DNA of 64,000 bases, taken from assembly GCF_004010195.1 (NCBI RefSeq), contig NC_057719.1, positions 91,448,512-91,512,511 of the forward strand, written 5' to 3'. A model generated the notes under the pieces. It saw nothing but the letters and a program-made list of their open reading frames with translations. It searched no databases and was not told where the DNA came from. This document shows, piece by piece, positions 50,101 to 64,000 of the stretch; within the stretch, counting starts at the first letter, position 1; each line of letters opens with the position of its first letter. The position numbers and the translations under genes were made by a program. This DNA is from Chiloscyllium plagiosum (Eukaryota).

Positions 50101-51294
50101 ATGGGACTATGGAGGCCAGTTTTTAATTCCAGAATTATTAATAGAATTAAAATTTGACTAGCGATTTGAACTATGCATCCATAGGCGTCACAGTGGCTCA
50201 GTGGTTAGCACTGCTACCTCGCAGCACCAGGGACTCGGGTTCAATTCCAGCCTTGGGCAACTGTGTGTGTGGAGTTTGCACATTCTCCCAGTGTCTGTGC
50301 AGGTTTCCTCCCACTGTCCAAAGATGTGCAGGTGAGGTAAATTGTCCATGGTGTTAGTCAGGGCTAAATGTAGGGGAATGCTTGTTGGGCTGAAGGGCCT
50401 GTTTCCATACTGTAGGGAATCTAATTTAACATTAGCTGGAATTTTTGGATTGCTAGCCCATTGGCATTATCATGATGTCAAAAGGTTGGAAGCACAGGCA
50501 CATGACAGGAGGGAGGATGTTTGGAGCTGCAAAGTTACTTCCTTTCTCCTTTCCATTGGAGATATGATCAAGAAGACTTAATTAAAAGTAAGGATCAGTG
50601 TGACTAAACTGAGAGCAGAATTGGGAAGCAAGTGAAATAAAGAGTTAGATTTAATCATGTCAGAAGGAAATAATTATTACTCAACAGCAAGTGTGGACTT
50701 AAAAGTCCTCAAACAACAGATTGGTCAAACAAATGGCACTTTTTTATTATTAACACCTGCCAGGTAAAGACTTCGTAAATCAGACGATAGGCTGTCTAGC
50801 ACAGCTGATAATATGCAATTTAAAATAAAGGATGTTGCTCTCCTACTGTCAATGTAGGTGTGAGATCCTTTAAAATGGATTACCCGCATCCTTGAAACAT
50901 ATGCTCGAGTCAACCACTGGTTTTGCTACGTCATATTTAATTAAGAAGCTACAAAGAATCTAATGCTGCAATTAAAAATGATGCAAAGATTTCCAGATAG
51001 CAGCTGCTGGTATTTTAAAGGCGTTGCCCAGAGTAACCTAATTTTTTTTAAAAAAAAAGTTATGCATGTGACACCATCCCTAGTTAACTCGGATGTGCTG
51101 GTTTTAGAAAGAGCATGGGAATCACATCAAGTGACAAAGTACACATTTACATGAATTTTAATGTCTGGATTTACACTGGGAGGCAGGCACATTGGGTGTA
51201 GTTGTAAATGGAAAAGAAAAATGTTGAGGGGGAGGTAGATGAACAATTAACACCTTCCTTCCCTTCTCTTTTGAAAAATAACACAGCAGGCTCA

Positions 51295-51750
51295 CAACAA
51301 AAACAGAAAATGCTGGAGAAACTCAACAGGTCTGGCACCATCTGTGGGAAGAAAGCAGAATTAACTCAAGTCTGGTGACTCATCAGAACTGGATTCAAAG
51401 CATTAACTCCTGCTTTCTTCCCACTGAAGCTGCCAAGCCTGATGGGCATCTCCAGCAATTTCTGCTTTTTTGCTTCAGATTTCCAGCATCTGTAGTTCTT
51501 TATTACATCAGTCTAAGAATTACACTTGGGACTAACACCGAATAGATTAGAGTGGTGCTGAAAAAAACAACCGGTCAGGCAGCATCCGAGGAGCAGGAAA
51601 ATTGACAGTTCGGGCAAAAGCCCTTCATCAGGAATTCCTGAACCGTCAATTTTCCTGCTCCTCGGATGCTGCCTGACCTGCTGTGCTTTTCCAGCACCAC
51701 ACTAATCTACACTCTGATTTCCACCATCTGTAGCCTTCACTTTTACATAC
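51295..51750. mobile_element. Two adjacent palindromic Penelope-derived mini-elements (older family 3 ~51295-51500; family 1 ~51540-51748)
   Basis: Inverted arms in both; the second is flanked by ACTAACAC direct repeats. Family 3 arms recur near 19460-19595 and 46215-46330. Confidence 0.7.
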
Positions 51751-52484
51751 TAACACTAAATACACCACTGGTAAGAATCGCTTGTCCTTTCTTTCAGTTG
51801 CATGTGGGGGATAAACAAGAACAAAGAGATCAAGAATTTTGGGAATTGTGAAACAAGCTTTATTGAACTGCCTTGTAAACCTAGGTCATATGAAGAGCAA
51901 TAAGGTGCAAGATATCCTTTGAGTTCAGTAACTTTGTTGCAAACTCTTGGTTAAAGAAAGGTTGCTGCCTTCCATCTTATGCCTGAAACATCGACTCTCC
52001 TGCTCCTCGGATGCTGCCTGGCCGGCTGCGCTTTTCCAGTGCCACACTTTTCAACTCTGACTCTCCAGCATCTGCAGTCCTCACTTTCTCCTAACATAAT
52101 GAGACACCCTTTTCCAGTGTTTTTCTCCATGTCACTGAGGTTAGAGGAGGTAGCATTTCACACAGAACACTGCATCCTGGAGGCAACAATATCATTTTAA
52201 GCAAAGGGTGCCAATCTACATAATACTGAGCTGTTTGTGTCCCATCACAAAAATTAACACCTAAAAGTCATCCCAGGAATCACCCACTTTTGTCCAAGTA
52301 ACACTTGGTTGGTTCTAAATGAACAAAAAAAGACAAGTTGCACTTTCAATTTCCAGTTCGTTTCGAAAAAAACCGAACATACCGAACTTTTTAAATCAGC
52401 CCAATGTCACAGTGTACTGGACCAATAAGAAGATCAAATATGTGTTGGGGAACAGGTCAGAATCCTGCCTCAAGTGTCATACAG

Positions 52485-52960
52485 TCAGAGGTGTAGAACA
52501 TGGTAACAGAACCTTTGGTCCAACTCATTAATGCCGACCAGATATCCTAAAGTAATCTCGTCCGATTTGCCAGCATTTGGCCCATATCCCTCTCATCCCT
52601 TCCCATTCAATCCCCATCCAGATGCTTTTTAAATGTTGCAATTGTACAAGCCTCTCCAATTCCTCATTCCATACATGTACAATCCTTTGCGTGAAAAAAG
52701 TTGCCCTTGGGTCCCTTTTAAATCTTTCCCCCCTCACCTTAAACCTATACCGTATATTTCTGGATTCCACTACGCTGGGGAAAAAACCTTGACTATTTGC
52801 CTTATTGATACCCTTCATAATTTTAAGCTTCTAATGAGGTGACCTCTCATCCTCCGACACTCCAGGAAATATAGCCCCAGCCTACTCAGTCTTTCTCTAT
52901 AGCTCAAACCCTCCAACCCTGCGAATATCCTTGTAAATTTTTCCTGACCCTTTCAAGTTT
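52485..52960 (-). mobile_element. CR1 LINE 3' fragment; more CR1 fragments near 45620-46190(+), 56400-57770(-), 59550-60330 and 60800-63140(+)
   Basis: FFTQRIVHVWNE; MHPRILKE...WRTAN; GFLKGKSYLTNL. Confidence 0.75.
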
Positions 52961-55900
52961 ACTGTCAAACATCAGATTTTGTTAAATGTCCTAACTTGGT
53001 AAATGCAGATAAACAGATATTCCAAAAATAATCGCCTTATGTTCCACATCAAGTTTAATATAAGTCTCTTTCATGGAAGTTTTATTCAAAGGCATATATC
53101 ACGATAGACTACATAGAACAGCGCAGCACATTAGTGCTTATGAAATAGCTTACTCAAGCTACGATACCTGGAATTACAATTCTGCTTTGTAATATTACAG
53201 AGATAAATTCCAAAACAGAAACGTATTACTAGCATGCATCTGTGAATAAATCCAACAGGAAATGCGGTAGCCCAACATTTGAGTCATTGGGCTAGTAATC
53301 TAGTGAACCCGGGTCTCTGGCGTTGCGAGGCAGCAGTGCTAACCACTGTGCCACCGTGCCACCCATCTAGAGAATGAAAGCTCAAATCAAATTGTGATAA
53401 TTTGATTTCAACATAGAAGATATGGAAATGTAAGAAGTTGGCATTAAAAGTTAGGAGCAGGAGTGGGCAATTCAGTACCTCAAGCCTACACTGCCATTTG
53501 ATATCATCATGGCTGATTTAAGCTTAGCATCAACTCCTGCCTGCTCAGTGAGAAAGGAACGGTTAAGCACTGGATTGTCATAAAAACCCAACTTGCTAAC
53601 TAATGTCTTTTAGTGAAAGAAATGTGTCACTCTTACCTAGTCTGATCTTCACGGGACTCCCGTGCCAGACCAACTGCCCTCTGATGTGGTTTATCAAGAT
53701 TCCCAATGTCGCATTCAAAAATGTGGGATAGGCAGCAACAATTGACTGTCGGTGGGCATCTACATTCTGGTGCTGAGCTTAAGCAATAAAGACACTACAT
53801 GTTTGGGCCAGAGGGGAATCTGTGGTAGGGTAGAGTATATATCCTTCACCAGAAGGTGATATAGGAGGAGAAACTGGCTTCATGCTCATAGCACCTACCA
53901 TGTCAGATAATAAGTGTAGGTTATTCAGCCCTGTCGATCCATCCAAGGCTGAACTGTACTCAGACGCATCTACCTACTTTGGTTTTGTACCCTCTCCTCG
54001 TTTATCAAAAAATACACCCAAGGTATAAATACTTCACACAGATTAAAATCAAACCTTTTTCCTGAGCAACTAGAAACACTTTGCACCTTTATGTGAAGAT
54101 AAAAATTAAGACATCATAGTAAACTCCATTTTTTTAATCCGTAGAACAGATATTGCTATTAATCTGAACAGCACATTATTTAAATTATTGCCATAAATAC
54201 ATTCCCATTATGAACTAAAGTGGTACCGTATACATGAATAAGTGACCATACATGACTTGAATGGTATAAATGAATGAATCAGACACCGACAGAAGCATTA
54301 CACACATGCTTCCTTTCCCCTCAGAAACTCTTTCCTTTAAATGATAAAGCCTTCCAATAAGTGAAAATAAATGGCATTGATCATAAATAGCAAGTGAACA
54401 GGAGGTACGTAAATGATTTCTTCTCCTGCATTGTCTGTACCTATGTAACAGCATCCTGTGAACACAACACAAACTTGTGGTCACATCACAACTCTTGATT
54501 TTCTACTCCAGAGAAATTCTTGGACTTTTCCTCAAATTACAGCAGGAACAAAAGCGATTTGATTATTTTGAATTAGCGTTAGTAAACACAAGCAATATAT
54601 TTACCTAAGATTCACATTATCCTGAGGATTACTCGAAATAGGTAGAAAAACCGATATGACAAGATATATTAACCACAAAACAAACTGGAATCATGCCAGG
54701 CTTTGAAACATATCATTCAAGTCGACACTAACCTGTCACCTATATATTATGGTTATTCGCAGGGACTCTCAAGAAAAACTCAAAACTGGATTAGATACCT
54801 GCAAGTGCAGATTAATCATCAAGGAGTTTTTGCCCACACTAAGACGATCAGGCTAAATGGATCATCAACAGTAACAGGGTGAAGGGTGCTGTGTCTAGAC
54901 TTTACTCTTTTCTTTGCAAGAGTTCAATTTGATAAGCTACTCCTAAGAAATGGACAAGCATTGCAAACAACACATTTGTCTGAAACATAAGGCACCTCAG
55001 GTGCATTCTTGCCCCTTCTTTTCTGAGGACATTGACTTACCTACTGAGATAGTCACAATAGTGCCCTCTGACACACCCTTATTTTCATTGGTGAGCTCAG
55101 ATTATTCCTCAGTTGTAAACTGAGCTGGGCATCACAACCAAGGCTGACTGGGGTAACAACCTTGGAGCATATCACCAACATGGAATATGGGTTTGTGACG
55201 CTCGATTATCTACTGCATTGAGACAATAATCAAATGGCAGAATTTGATGGGCGGGGCCAAGAAAGGGATTCATTCACAAACTTCAGGTTAGACACTTATT
55301 GCCTTGGCGTTTTCTTCTTTCTTTGTTCATGGGATATGAGCACTGCTTGGTAGACCAGCAGGGAGGTAGGTGCTGATGCAGTGATAATATCACCGGTCTC
55401 GTAATCCAGACACCCAGCTTAATGCTCTGGGGAACACGTTCAAATCCCCGCCACTCCACGATGGCAGATGGTGAAATTTGAATTCAATAAGAATCTGTAA
55501 ATCAAAGCTGGCCTTAAGACAAACACATGTAGTCACTGTCACAGAACCTCATCTCGTTCACAAATGTCCTTCGGGAAAGGAAATCTGCCATCCTTAGCTG
55601 ATTTGGCCTACTTGTGACTCTGGACCCACAGTAATTTGGAAGACTCTTAACTTGCTCAGAAATGGCTCTCGCAAGCCACTCAGTTTAAGGGCAATTAAGG
55701 ATGAACAATGTCTGCTCAAATGACAACATAATTTTTGAAATATCACAACAATCCTCAAGGAAAAATAAGGACAGCAGTTGAGTAATTATTATGGAACACA
55801 CTGAGTGGCTTTTGCTGAGAATTACAAAGTGGGAAAAGGTTTAATTGACACAAACAAAAGTTGTGATCTTTAATGGTGAAAATAGAGAGAAATTCATGTC

Positions 55901-58900
55901 CTGGCTTTTGTGGAGGGCATTTAGGCTACATTAATTTCAAACACCCATTACTGTATGCACTCTGATTTACGTTCACTTTGAGGTGAAGAGATTACTTTCT
56001 TGAACACCATATCAACTTGGCCTGGCCTGTTAACAAAAGCAGTGTGAACATATACACCCCCACCACCTCTGAATTTGTCAAGTTTCCTTGCTTTTTTAAA
56101 AACATTTTCTTCATATTTCTTCACACAATATTTAATTGCTTCCAGGATTCCTGAAACAATCAGATTAATAAAAAGATTTTCAATCATTTCCACTGGGTAA
56201 TGACCAGCAACTGAAAACTGACATTTGTAAACTACAGCTCACTATATTTTCATCCCTGATAATATTCTCCTCAGACAACTCCAAATGTTTGCATGCATTA
56301 CAGTGGACAGCAGCAAGCAGACGGGAAGGGGAGAGAAATACTCAACTCTTGTAGGACTTGATCCAGGTAACTCCTGTGCAACTTCACTTAACCATTTACA
56401 AAACACGTGTGTAGGAGAACGACATAAGAAATGGAAGCTACTTGAACTGGCCCCACCATCCAGTAAGATTGTGGATGACCTACCACTTCCACTCCATTTG
56501 TTTTGCCTGCTCCATTTCTTCATCAATTCCCTGAGAATTGAAGAGTATCTCAGCCTTGAACATACCCATTGAAGTAGCATCCACAACTGCTCTGGGGAAG
56601 AGGATTCAGAATGAAAGAAATTGCCTTCATGTCCCCTTCATCAGAGACTGCGTTCCCATATTTTCCAGCCCAGGGGTTAAAAAAAAAACATCCTGCAGGA
56701 ATCCTATTAAGGCCTTTCAGAATCTTGTACGTTTAAATGAGTTCATTTCTCATTCCTCTAAATGCCTGAGAATATAGGCCCAATTTACCCAGTCTATTAA
56801 TGCAACTGCCCATTCAGGAAGCAGTCTAGTGAACTATTGCTGTATGCAAGTTCATTCTTTCTTAGATAAGGAAAGTAAAACTGCAAACATATTTCAGGTT
56901 GGTCTCACCAAAACCCTATAGAATTGCACTGAGAGCACCTCCTTATTTGTACACTCAAATCTTTTTGCAATGTAAATACCAGTTACTTGCCTAATTCCTT
57001 GCTGCATTTTTCTTTCATGCTAGCTTGTGATCCTCATTCAAATGCAGCCAGATCTCTCCGAGTGCAAATGGCTTTAAAAATGTCTGCTTTGCTATTCTTG
57101 TTACCTCAGATGTCTCAACACGATAATCCAACAACCATCTTGGTGCCCAATCCAGGTATCTTTCTGTGCTCCTCAGCTTATATTCCAGCTCGCAGCAGCA
57201 AACTTGGATACATGGCTGAGATAAAGAAACCAAGAGCAATCAACACATATTATAAATAGCTGAGGCACTAATCCTTGTGGCATGCCACTAATTATAATTT
57301 GCCATTTTTAAAATGCCTCTTTTATCCCTACACTTTGTCCCAACTCCATCAGTCCTGATCATTGGACTTTATTAAATTTACTTTTGTAAATCCAAGACGA
57401 CTACATCAACTGGCCTCCCTTTATTGACCCTTCTTAGCTAGAAACTCCAATAAATTTGTCAGACGTGATTTCCCGACCACAGAACCATGCTATCTCATCA
57501 TACTTTGATTTCCTAAGTGATTACTAAGGCTTCTTTAATAATAGCAATAGTGCAAACAGCCCATTTTCCTTACAAGTGACTTGCCTGAAGTTCCTGGTTT
57601 TTTGCTTCTCCTTCTTTCTTGAGTTTCATCAGTATTATGTTTGCCAACTTCCAAACTGCAGATACAGTCTGAAATCTAGGAAATTCTGGAAAATCACAAC
57701 TAATGCATCCACTATGCATGCAGCCAGCTCTTTTAGAACACTACAATGGTTCAGCTTCAACTATTCTTCCATTAAAATTTGAAATGTAGCCCAGAAACCT
57801 AACTCTTGTGAATGCTAACTGTTGTGAAACATCAAATAATGTCAGCGATGAACTGCCAGCAACATAATGACGTGATTTAAAAAGACAAACACAAAAAATA
57901 TCATTATTATTGAGTAATGTTATTTAATATAGTCCCTCTCCCTAATAAAAGGGAAAACACAGCATTTGGTATAATTTCCCTTTGTAATAATCTTTATAAA
58001 ACATCTGGTGAAACTTCAGTTATTGCCAGAAGTGGTATCACGATCTGCTTCAGATAGAGAAAGGAAAAAAAATGCAGAATCTGTTGTCTCAACTTCTTCA
58101 AAAGATGATGGGAGTGGCTCAATCCAACATCACTTCCGCCATGCAAATGGGCATCACTTTCATAATAGTGCTGTATGAAATAGGACAAGCATGTGTATCA
58201 CACCTGGACACCAATATGAACCTTGCTGCAAAACTGGCCAGAACATTAAACACTCATCAAATGCATATACTACCAGCCGCTTCCAGGTTACAATGGTTTC
58301 ATCTTGCTGAATTTTAACAGAGGATAACAAGCTCCTCTGTTTCATCAAGCCCTCAATTCTTCCAAACATTGTCAGCACTAACTTAGAAGTTCAAGTAACC
58401 TGGATACTGCTCTGCTGGAAGTCACTGAGAGGGTGAAAGAATCATCTGTATAATAAAACAAAACTGATTTGCAGTGAGAACCTCAGCAGAATGGATACAG
58501 TTCAAAATGCAAAGTATTGCTGACTCCTCAAAATTAATCCAATTGATCAAAGTCTTCCAGTCAGAACGGAATTTTATAAGGATATAAATATGAATCTCAA
58601 TTCCTTGCGTGATCAAACTACATGTTTACCCAGGTACCAGATGTGCCCTGAAGACTGTTGTGGATTGTAAATTTATTTTACTCCTTAAAACAGGATGGAG
58701 CATTAGATAGAAGAGAGGTACTAATCACAGTTGGTGGCTCTGGTCTCTCACTACTTCACACTGGCAGTCATGACAACAGCCTCCCCCAGTGATAGAACAC
58801 ACAACAGAGAAAGTAACTTTCACAGAGGGGAGGGGGAAGGGGGAATGACAATATTTTCTAATTTCGAACATTCCCCCTGCACAGTCAGATCTCCTTATCC

Positions 58901-59193
58901 CTCACAGATCCACACCAATGACCCCTTCCCTGATAGATCCACACCAATGTCCCCACAAAAGTCCACAGTATGTTGGTAGATTTTGTCCCAAGGAACAGGC
59001 TGTATAAAATGGCCAGAAGCTACCATAGAAATTGGCTTCCCTGTGGATAAGATCTGAAAGCTGAAACTGGATTATAGACACAGCAGATTAAAAGCAGTCC
59101 ACATCAATTTAATCAGCTCAGAGGCTAGCCTTTGACGTTATTCTAACAGCAAGTTAGTGGTGTTTCTGCTGTCGAGCGGGATGGGTCAACTAA

Positions 59194-59335
59194 TCAGAAT
59201 TGCTGCCACTCAAGACCGATGACGACTTGATTCATGTCCTGGCTCCTTGTGATCTCCTCCAGAATGCGATGCTGCTGCCATAGTCGTTCAAGTTTCTTGT
59301 ATCGCTCAGTGCACAGATGCAAGGGGTTGCCTCTC
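59194..59335 (-). CDS. UBR1: E3 ubiquitin ligase UBR1, last coding exon
   Basis: Acceptor [60 protein letters not shown]; 142 nt; phase matches the upstream exon. Confidence 0.9.
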
Positions 59336-60603
59336 CTTTAGGAAAAAAGTACTGAGTTTCAAAATACGTAAGGCTTTAATTTCTCCAGTTGCTCACTTAA
59401 AAAAAAACCAGTGATTTGTTTACAGCTACGGTATGGATAGCGTAAGTGAGAAGGAAGAGCTTGGCTGAGATGCAACACTTAAGTGACTGTGGAGGCAGAA
59501 TGGGAAAAACAAGGTGACAAATGTGCAGCAATCCAATAAATACAATATATTAGAGTCAGAGTCCTACAGCACAGAGACAGGCCCTTTGGCCCAAACTGGT
59601 CCATGCTGACCAAAATGTCCATTCACGTTAATCCCATTTCCCTGCACTTGGCCCTTATCCTTCTAATCCTTTCCTATTCATGTATTTGTCCAAATGCCTT
59701 TTAAATGTTGTTAATGTACCCATCTCAACCACTTCCACTGGTAGCTCATTCCATATGCGTACATCCCTGGTGTAAAAAAATTTGCCCCTCAGGTTCTATT
59801 TTATCCTTTCCCCTCTAACCTTAAACTGACGCCCTCTAGTCCTCAATTCCCCAACCCTGGGGTAAAGACAGTGCATTCACACTATCCATGCCTCTCATGA
59901 TCGTATATACCTCTACATGGTCCCTCTTCAGTCTCCTATGCTGTGAATTTCTTCTGCACTCTTTTCAGTTTAATAACATTCTTCCCATAAAAAGGTGACC
60001 AAAACCGACAACAACACTCCAAGTGCAGCCTCATCAATGTCCTGTACAAGTGCAACCTAACTTCCCAACTTCTATACTGGCTGCTACAAATCCAGCATTT
60101 AAAAGACATCTGGATGGGTATACGAATAGGAATGGTTTCGAGGGATATGGGCCAAGTGTTGGCAAATAGGACTAGATTAAGGCCAGTGTGCCAAAAGCAT
60201 TCTTCACTGCCCTGTCTACCTGTAACTCCACTTTCAGTGAACCGTGAACCTGAACTCCAAGATCCACTAAATTCCTTAAGGTCTACCATTCACCATTAAA
60301 TTCCTACCTTGATTTGACTTTCACACTTATCCATAGTCAGTCCCAGTCTACACTAGGAAAATGAAAATCTCCTAGTATGACAGCCCTATTAATTATGGAA
60401 CAATAGTCTTTTCTGCCCCTCTCTAATCTATCACTTTATTTGTGTTGTCATTCAGATTTAGAGATCTTAACGTTTTTCCTAGAAGGTGCTCCTCTTAGAT
60501 TCCACTTAATCTATCACAGCGTACTGCTAGAAAAACATATTACATAGCTACACAACATGTATTCATTAGTAGATAAGGAAAATTTATTTTGAAATAGTCT
60601 TAC

Positions 60604-60705
60604 CTAAGCAACTGATCGGTCTCCCCATAGTCATCCAGGTATGGAGCAGGTATGAAACACCCTCTGTTTTTCCCTGCCAGCAGCAGCACCTGACATTCCC
60701 GGATC
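60604..60705 (-). CDS. UBR1: UBR1, penultimate coding exon
   Basis: CCACCAG|G ... AG|GTAAGA; 102 nt; [34 protein letters not shown]. Confidence 0.9.
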
Positions 60706-61663
60706 CTGGTGGAACAAATGATAAGAAACATTTAGACGAGTAGCTACATTTTATACTCTCCTTTCCTACCAACTCTATCAAAGGTATTGAATTCTCGATG
60801 GGAGTCCTGTTACTACAACTGCTGATTGATCAGCTGTAACTCATTGCTGTCGTGTGGGTCGAACCATGTCAAATGCAGGTCTCTGCCAGTGCGCTCAGTA
60901 TGGGGCACTATAATCCAACCAGGAGTGATCAGGGGTTACTCTTCACCAATACAGGCTCGGTAAAGCTTGGAAAATATCTGTCACAACCTCTCTTCAATTG
61001 AGCGAGCATCACAGAATTTTCGGATTTCCTGCTCCAACTGCTCTTTCCTTCAGCAGTACGTGTCCAGTCCGACAAGAAAGGAAACATTCTTGGACCTGAA
61101 CATGAGATGGGCTGAAAGGATCAAATGTCAGTAGAGGACCATTTAGTAGGGGACCAGTGATCATTTTATCATAAAGTTCAGGATGTGGTAGGAGAATGAC
61201 ATGCAACAATCCAGGGTAAGAAGACAGCTGAGCAGGATTGATTGGACTAAGAGGTTGGTTGGCAGGAAGATCAGAAAGTGAACAGATGGTTCAGGAAAGC
61301 CGAGGTATATTGTGTTGAATGGAAAAGGTAGGATAAACAAGTCCAGAGCTTCAGGATGACAATGGAGGAAGAAATTAACATTAGAAAGAAAAAGCTGTCA
61401 GACAGAAAGCAAATGAGAACCAAAGAGAGACGATGAGAAAAGACCAGCAACTAACAAAAAGTGAAACCCGAAGTCTTCTACAGGCATATAAACAGTGAGA
61501 TAGCAGTTAATAAAAGAGCAGAACCAATCATACACCAAACAGGGGATTTGCAAATGCAAGTTGGGGGATGGATGAGGTGTTAAATGAATACTTTGCGTCT
61601 GTCTTTACAAAAGACGAGATGCAGCCCAGTTTGTGGTGACAGAAGTGGAAACTCTGTCATTAC

Positions 61664-62354
61664 TGTGAAAGCACAGGGTAAACTTTTCTGCTTAATTTAA
61701 AACCAGCAACACAGAAGAGATTTATCCTGTGCAGAAATCTGTGAAAATTCGAGAGGTCAAAAGCTAAAGTAAAAACTAACAACTTTATTTCTCAAAGTAT
61801 AACAGAGGATGATTAACTAACAACTATTTACAAGTCCTTCCTCTAACCTATCTGTTACCTTCCCTTCTATAATACTATTTCGATAAAACTCCCAATTAAG
61901 CTTTACAAAACAACACTTTTTATCTCAAAACCAGGCCGCTTTCAGTTTTCTCTGAATTGCTGTTTTGTTCTTGGGAAGGCGGTTTCATAGGTTACTGATT
62001 GATTAAGGTACTTTTTAAGAGAGCTATTTTCTGGCCAGTGTGCAGATATTGTTGGCTCGGCAGTTCTCTTCCCAACTATTCAATTTTCCCCAGTCTTATA
62101 CCCCAAAGCATCTGATTACGTCATTGACTTCTAAGATTGTCAATATACTCAGTTCAAACTGGATTGGAACTTGGTATTTTTCGGGGTATAATTTAAACTG
62201 ATTGGCCTAATTTGAATCTGTTTTGTCGTTTCCAGTCAACCAGCTACCCCAGTAGCTAGACCACGTTACATTGTGTCTTATTGAGAACACTTGGTGCTGT
62301 CACTGCTAGCTTTTAAATCTCTTAAAAGCACAGTACACTCACATCTTCATAACA
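61664..62354 (-). mobile_element. Solo LTR (same family as 40049-40756) in a CR1 fragment within a UBR1 intron
   Basis: Reverse complement starts TGTTATGAAGATGTGAGTGTACTGTGC and ends ...TTTCACA; colinear with the 40049 copy. Confidence 0.75.
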
Positions 62355-63625
62355 CTATAAGGGTTCAAAATTAATAAGGAAGGAAGCCTGGATCCACTTA
62401 TTGTCACTTAAAGTTGACAAGGCTCAGGAGTGGAATGAGATGCATCCAAGGATTTTGAAGGAAAGAACAACTGAAATTGCAGAGGCACTGCCCACAATCT
62501 CTTCAGTCTACTCAGATTTGGGAGAGAGGCCAAAAGATTGGAGGACTGCAAACACTACAGGCTTGTTGAAGAAAGCTTGTAAGATAATCCCAGCAATCAC
62601 AGACCCCAGTCAGTTTATTTTAGATGGTGGGGAAGCTTATGGAGACAATGACTTGGGACGGAATTAGTAATCACATGGGAAAAGGTGGGTTGATTAGCAA
62701 GAGTCAGCTTGGATTTCTAAAGGGAAAATCATATTTAACCAATTTGGAGTTTCTTGAACTGGTATCTCAAAAGGTTGCTATTGACCTGGAATTGATAAAA
62801 TTGATTTGCGAAGAAAGTTACAGATCATGGTATAAAAGGAACAATACTAATGTGAATACAATGGGAGGTCATAATTCAAAATGATGTGCAAACAAATCAA
62901 GGGCAATGAGAGAAAGAAAACTTCTTAACACAGCCAGTAGTTTGGGTGTGGAATGCACTTCTTCGAAATGTGGTGAAGGCAGGTTCAATGAAGGCATTCC
63001 AGGGGGAGTTAGGTGATTATTTGGAGAGAAATAGTGCCCAGGGAAATGGGGAAAAGGCAGGAGATTGGCACTAGATAATAGAATAGGTATGGGCAACAAG
63101 GGCTAAATGGCCTCCCTCTGCATCATAGCAATTCTGTGACTATACTATTAGCACTTTACTCAGATGCAATGATAAACTGGCAAATATTTGAAGCAATGCA
63201 CTATATAAGTTTATATTAAGTTTAGCAATGACCATTTTGTAGCAGATTAAGCTGATCCTACTTGTGGAGAAGCAAAGTCAAGTACTTTGATTGAGCTAAT
63301 AAGGATAAAGTTTTCCAGTGGCAGGAGGGTCAGACACCAGACAGAGGTGGGATTAAGATTTTAGCAAAACTAATTGTGATATTTCATCTGGAGCCATAAC
63401 CTGTCTGAAAGGAGATACTTAATAGTTTACAGAAGAAAACTGGACATATGCTTGAAAAGGAATATTTGCAGGACTATGGGAAAACTGTAGGCAAGTGGTC
63501 TCAATTTGAGAGCACAGATGCAAAGAGCCAATTGGTCTCCTTCTGTTCTGTATGATTCTATGCTATCTCTATGCTTTTAAAGTAGGCATGCAACTAGTTA
63601 TTGCTCAGTGTGCATGGTGAGATAC

Positions 63626-63796
63626 CTTAGGAACATGCCCAAACCAGATCCACAGTTGATGGCGTGAGCTACACAGGCTCCAATCTCCTCCCCATTCACT
63701 TCCTCCCGACAGCACTGACTCTCTGAACACAGCATGGCTCCACAGAACATGCAGAGTGCTAAATTCTTCGTCTCATCATCAGAGGATCTTGAGCAC
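63626..63796 (-). CDS. UBR1: UBR1, third-to-last coding exon (Cys-rich C-terminal domain)
   Basis: CTCTAACAG|G ... AG|GTATCT; 171 nt; [57 protein letters not shown]. The SxDDE, FCGA and VNGEE residues are UBR1-like rather than UBR2-like. Confidence 0.88.
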
Positions 63797-64000
63797 CTGT
63801 TAGAGATATTGTAGAAACCTGCTCAAAATTCTGGCTCTGTAAATGTCCCACCCATCACACATCAGCCTCACTTCAACATTCAGTACCACGCTTCCACTGG
63901 CAAGAAGGATAGTGCCCTAACAGAAGTAAAGAAACACGGTTGGGACAGGTAAGAATCTTACTGTGAAGCAAACTATTGTAACCTGGAATGCACTGGCTGA

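Noticed and set aside
53000..59193. Defining the UBR1 3' UTR end from TTTATT/TTTAAT sites (~58672, ~57923, ~53081)
   Set aside because: There are several candidates in AT-rich sequence and no way to choose without transcript data.

Overview
Repeat-rich vertebrate genomic DNA, almost certainly from a shark: it carries HE1-type tRNA-derived SINEs, CR1/HER1 LINEs and Deu-type SINEs, and has four N-gaps plus a 3-N break. There are two host genes, arranged tail-to-tail. (1) A complete three-exon peripherin-2-like tetraspanin on + (prph2l/CRDS2 type; CDS 23978-24558, 40980-41226, 46951-47196; 357 aa). (2) The last three coding exons of the N-recognin E3 ligase UBR1 on - (63796-63626, 60705-60604, 59335-59194), which the ORF track misses. 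The most unusual structure is in prph2l intron 1. A ~210-bp solo LTR has been expanded to 9.3 kb (29022-38293) by four A-tailed insertions stacked at the same site in its TATA-like box (AAACAGGAGTGT): a near full-length Tx1-clade LINE, a 5'-truncated sibling, a tail stub and a 2-kb non-coding passenger. This points to an LTR-targeting site-specific retrotransposon. The window also holds Penelope-like elements of three families, including short palindromic insertions with back-to-back minimal hammerhead ribozyme motifs, several solo LTRs, a decayed gag-bearing LTR element and Rex1/Babar fragments. Repeat boundaries were read by eye and are approximate unless target-site duplications (TSDs) are quoted. 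Family and orthology calls rest on recalled sequences, not searches.
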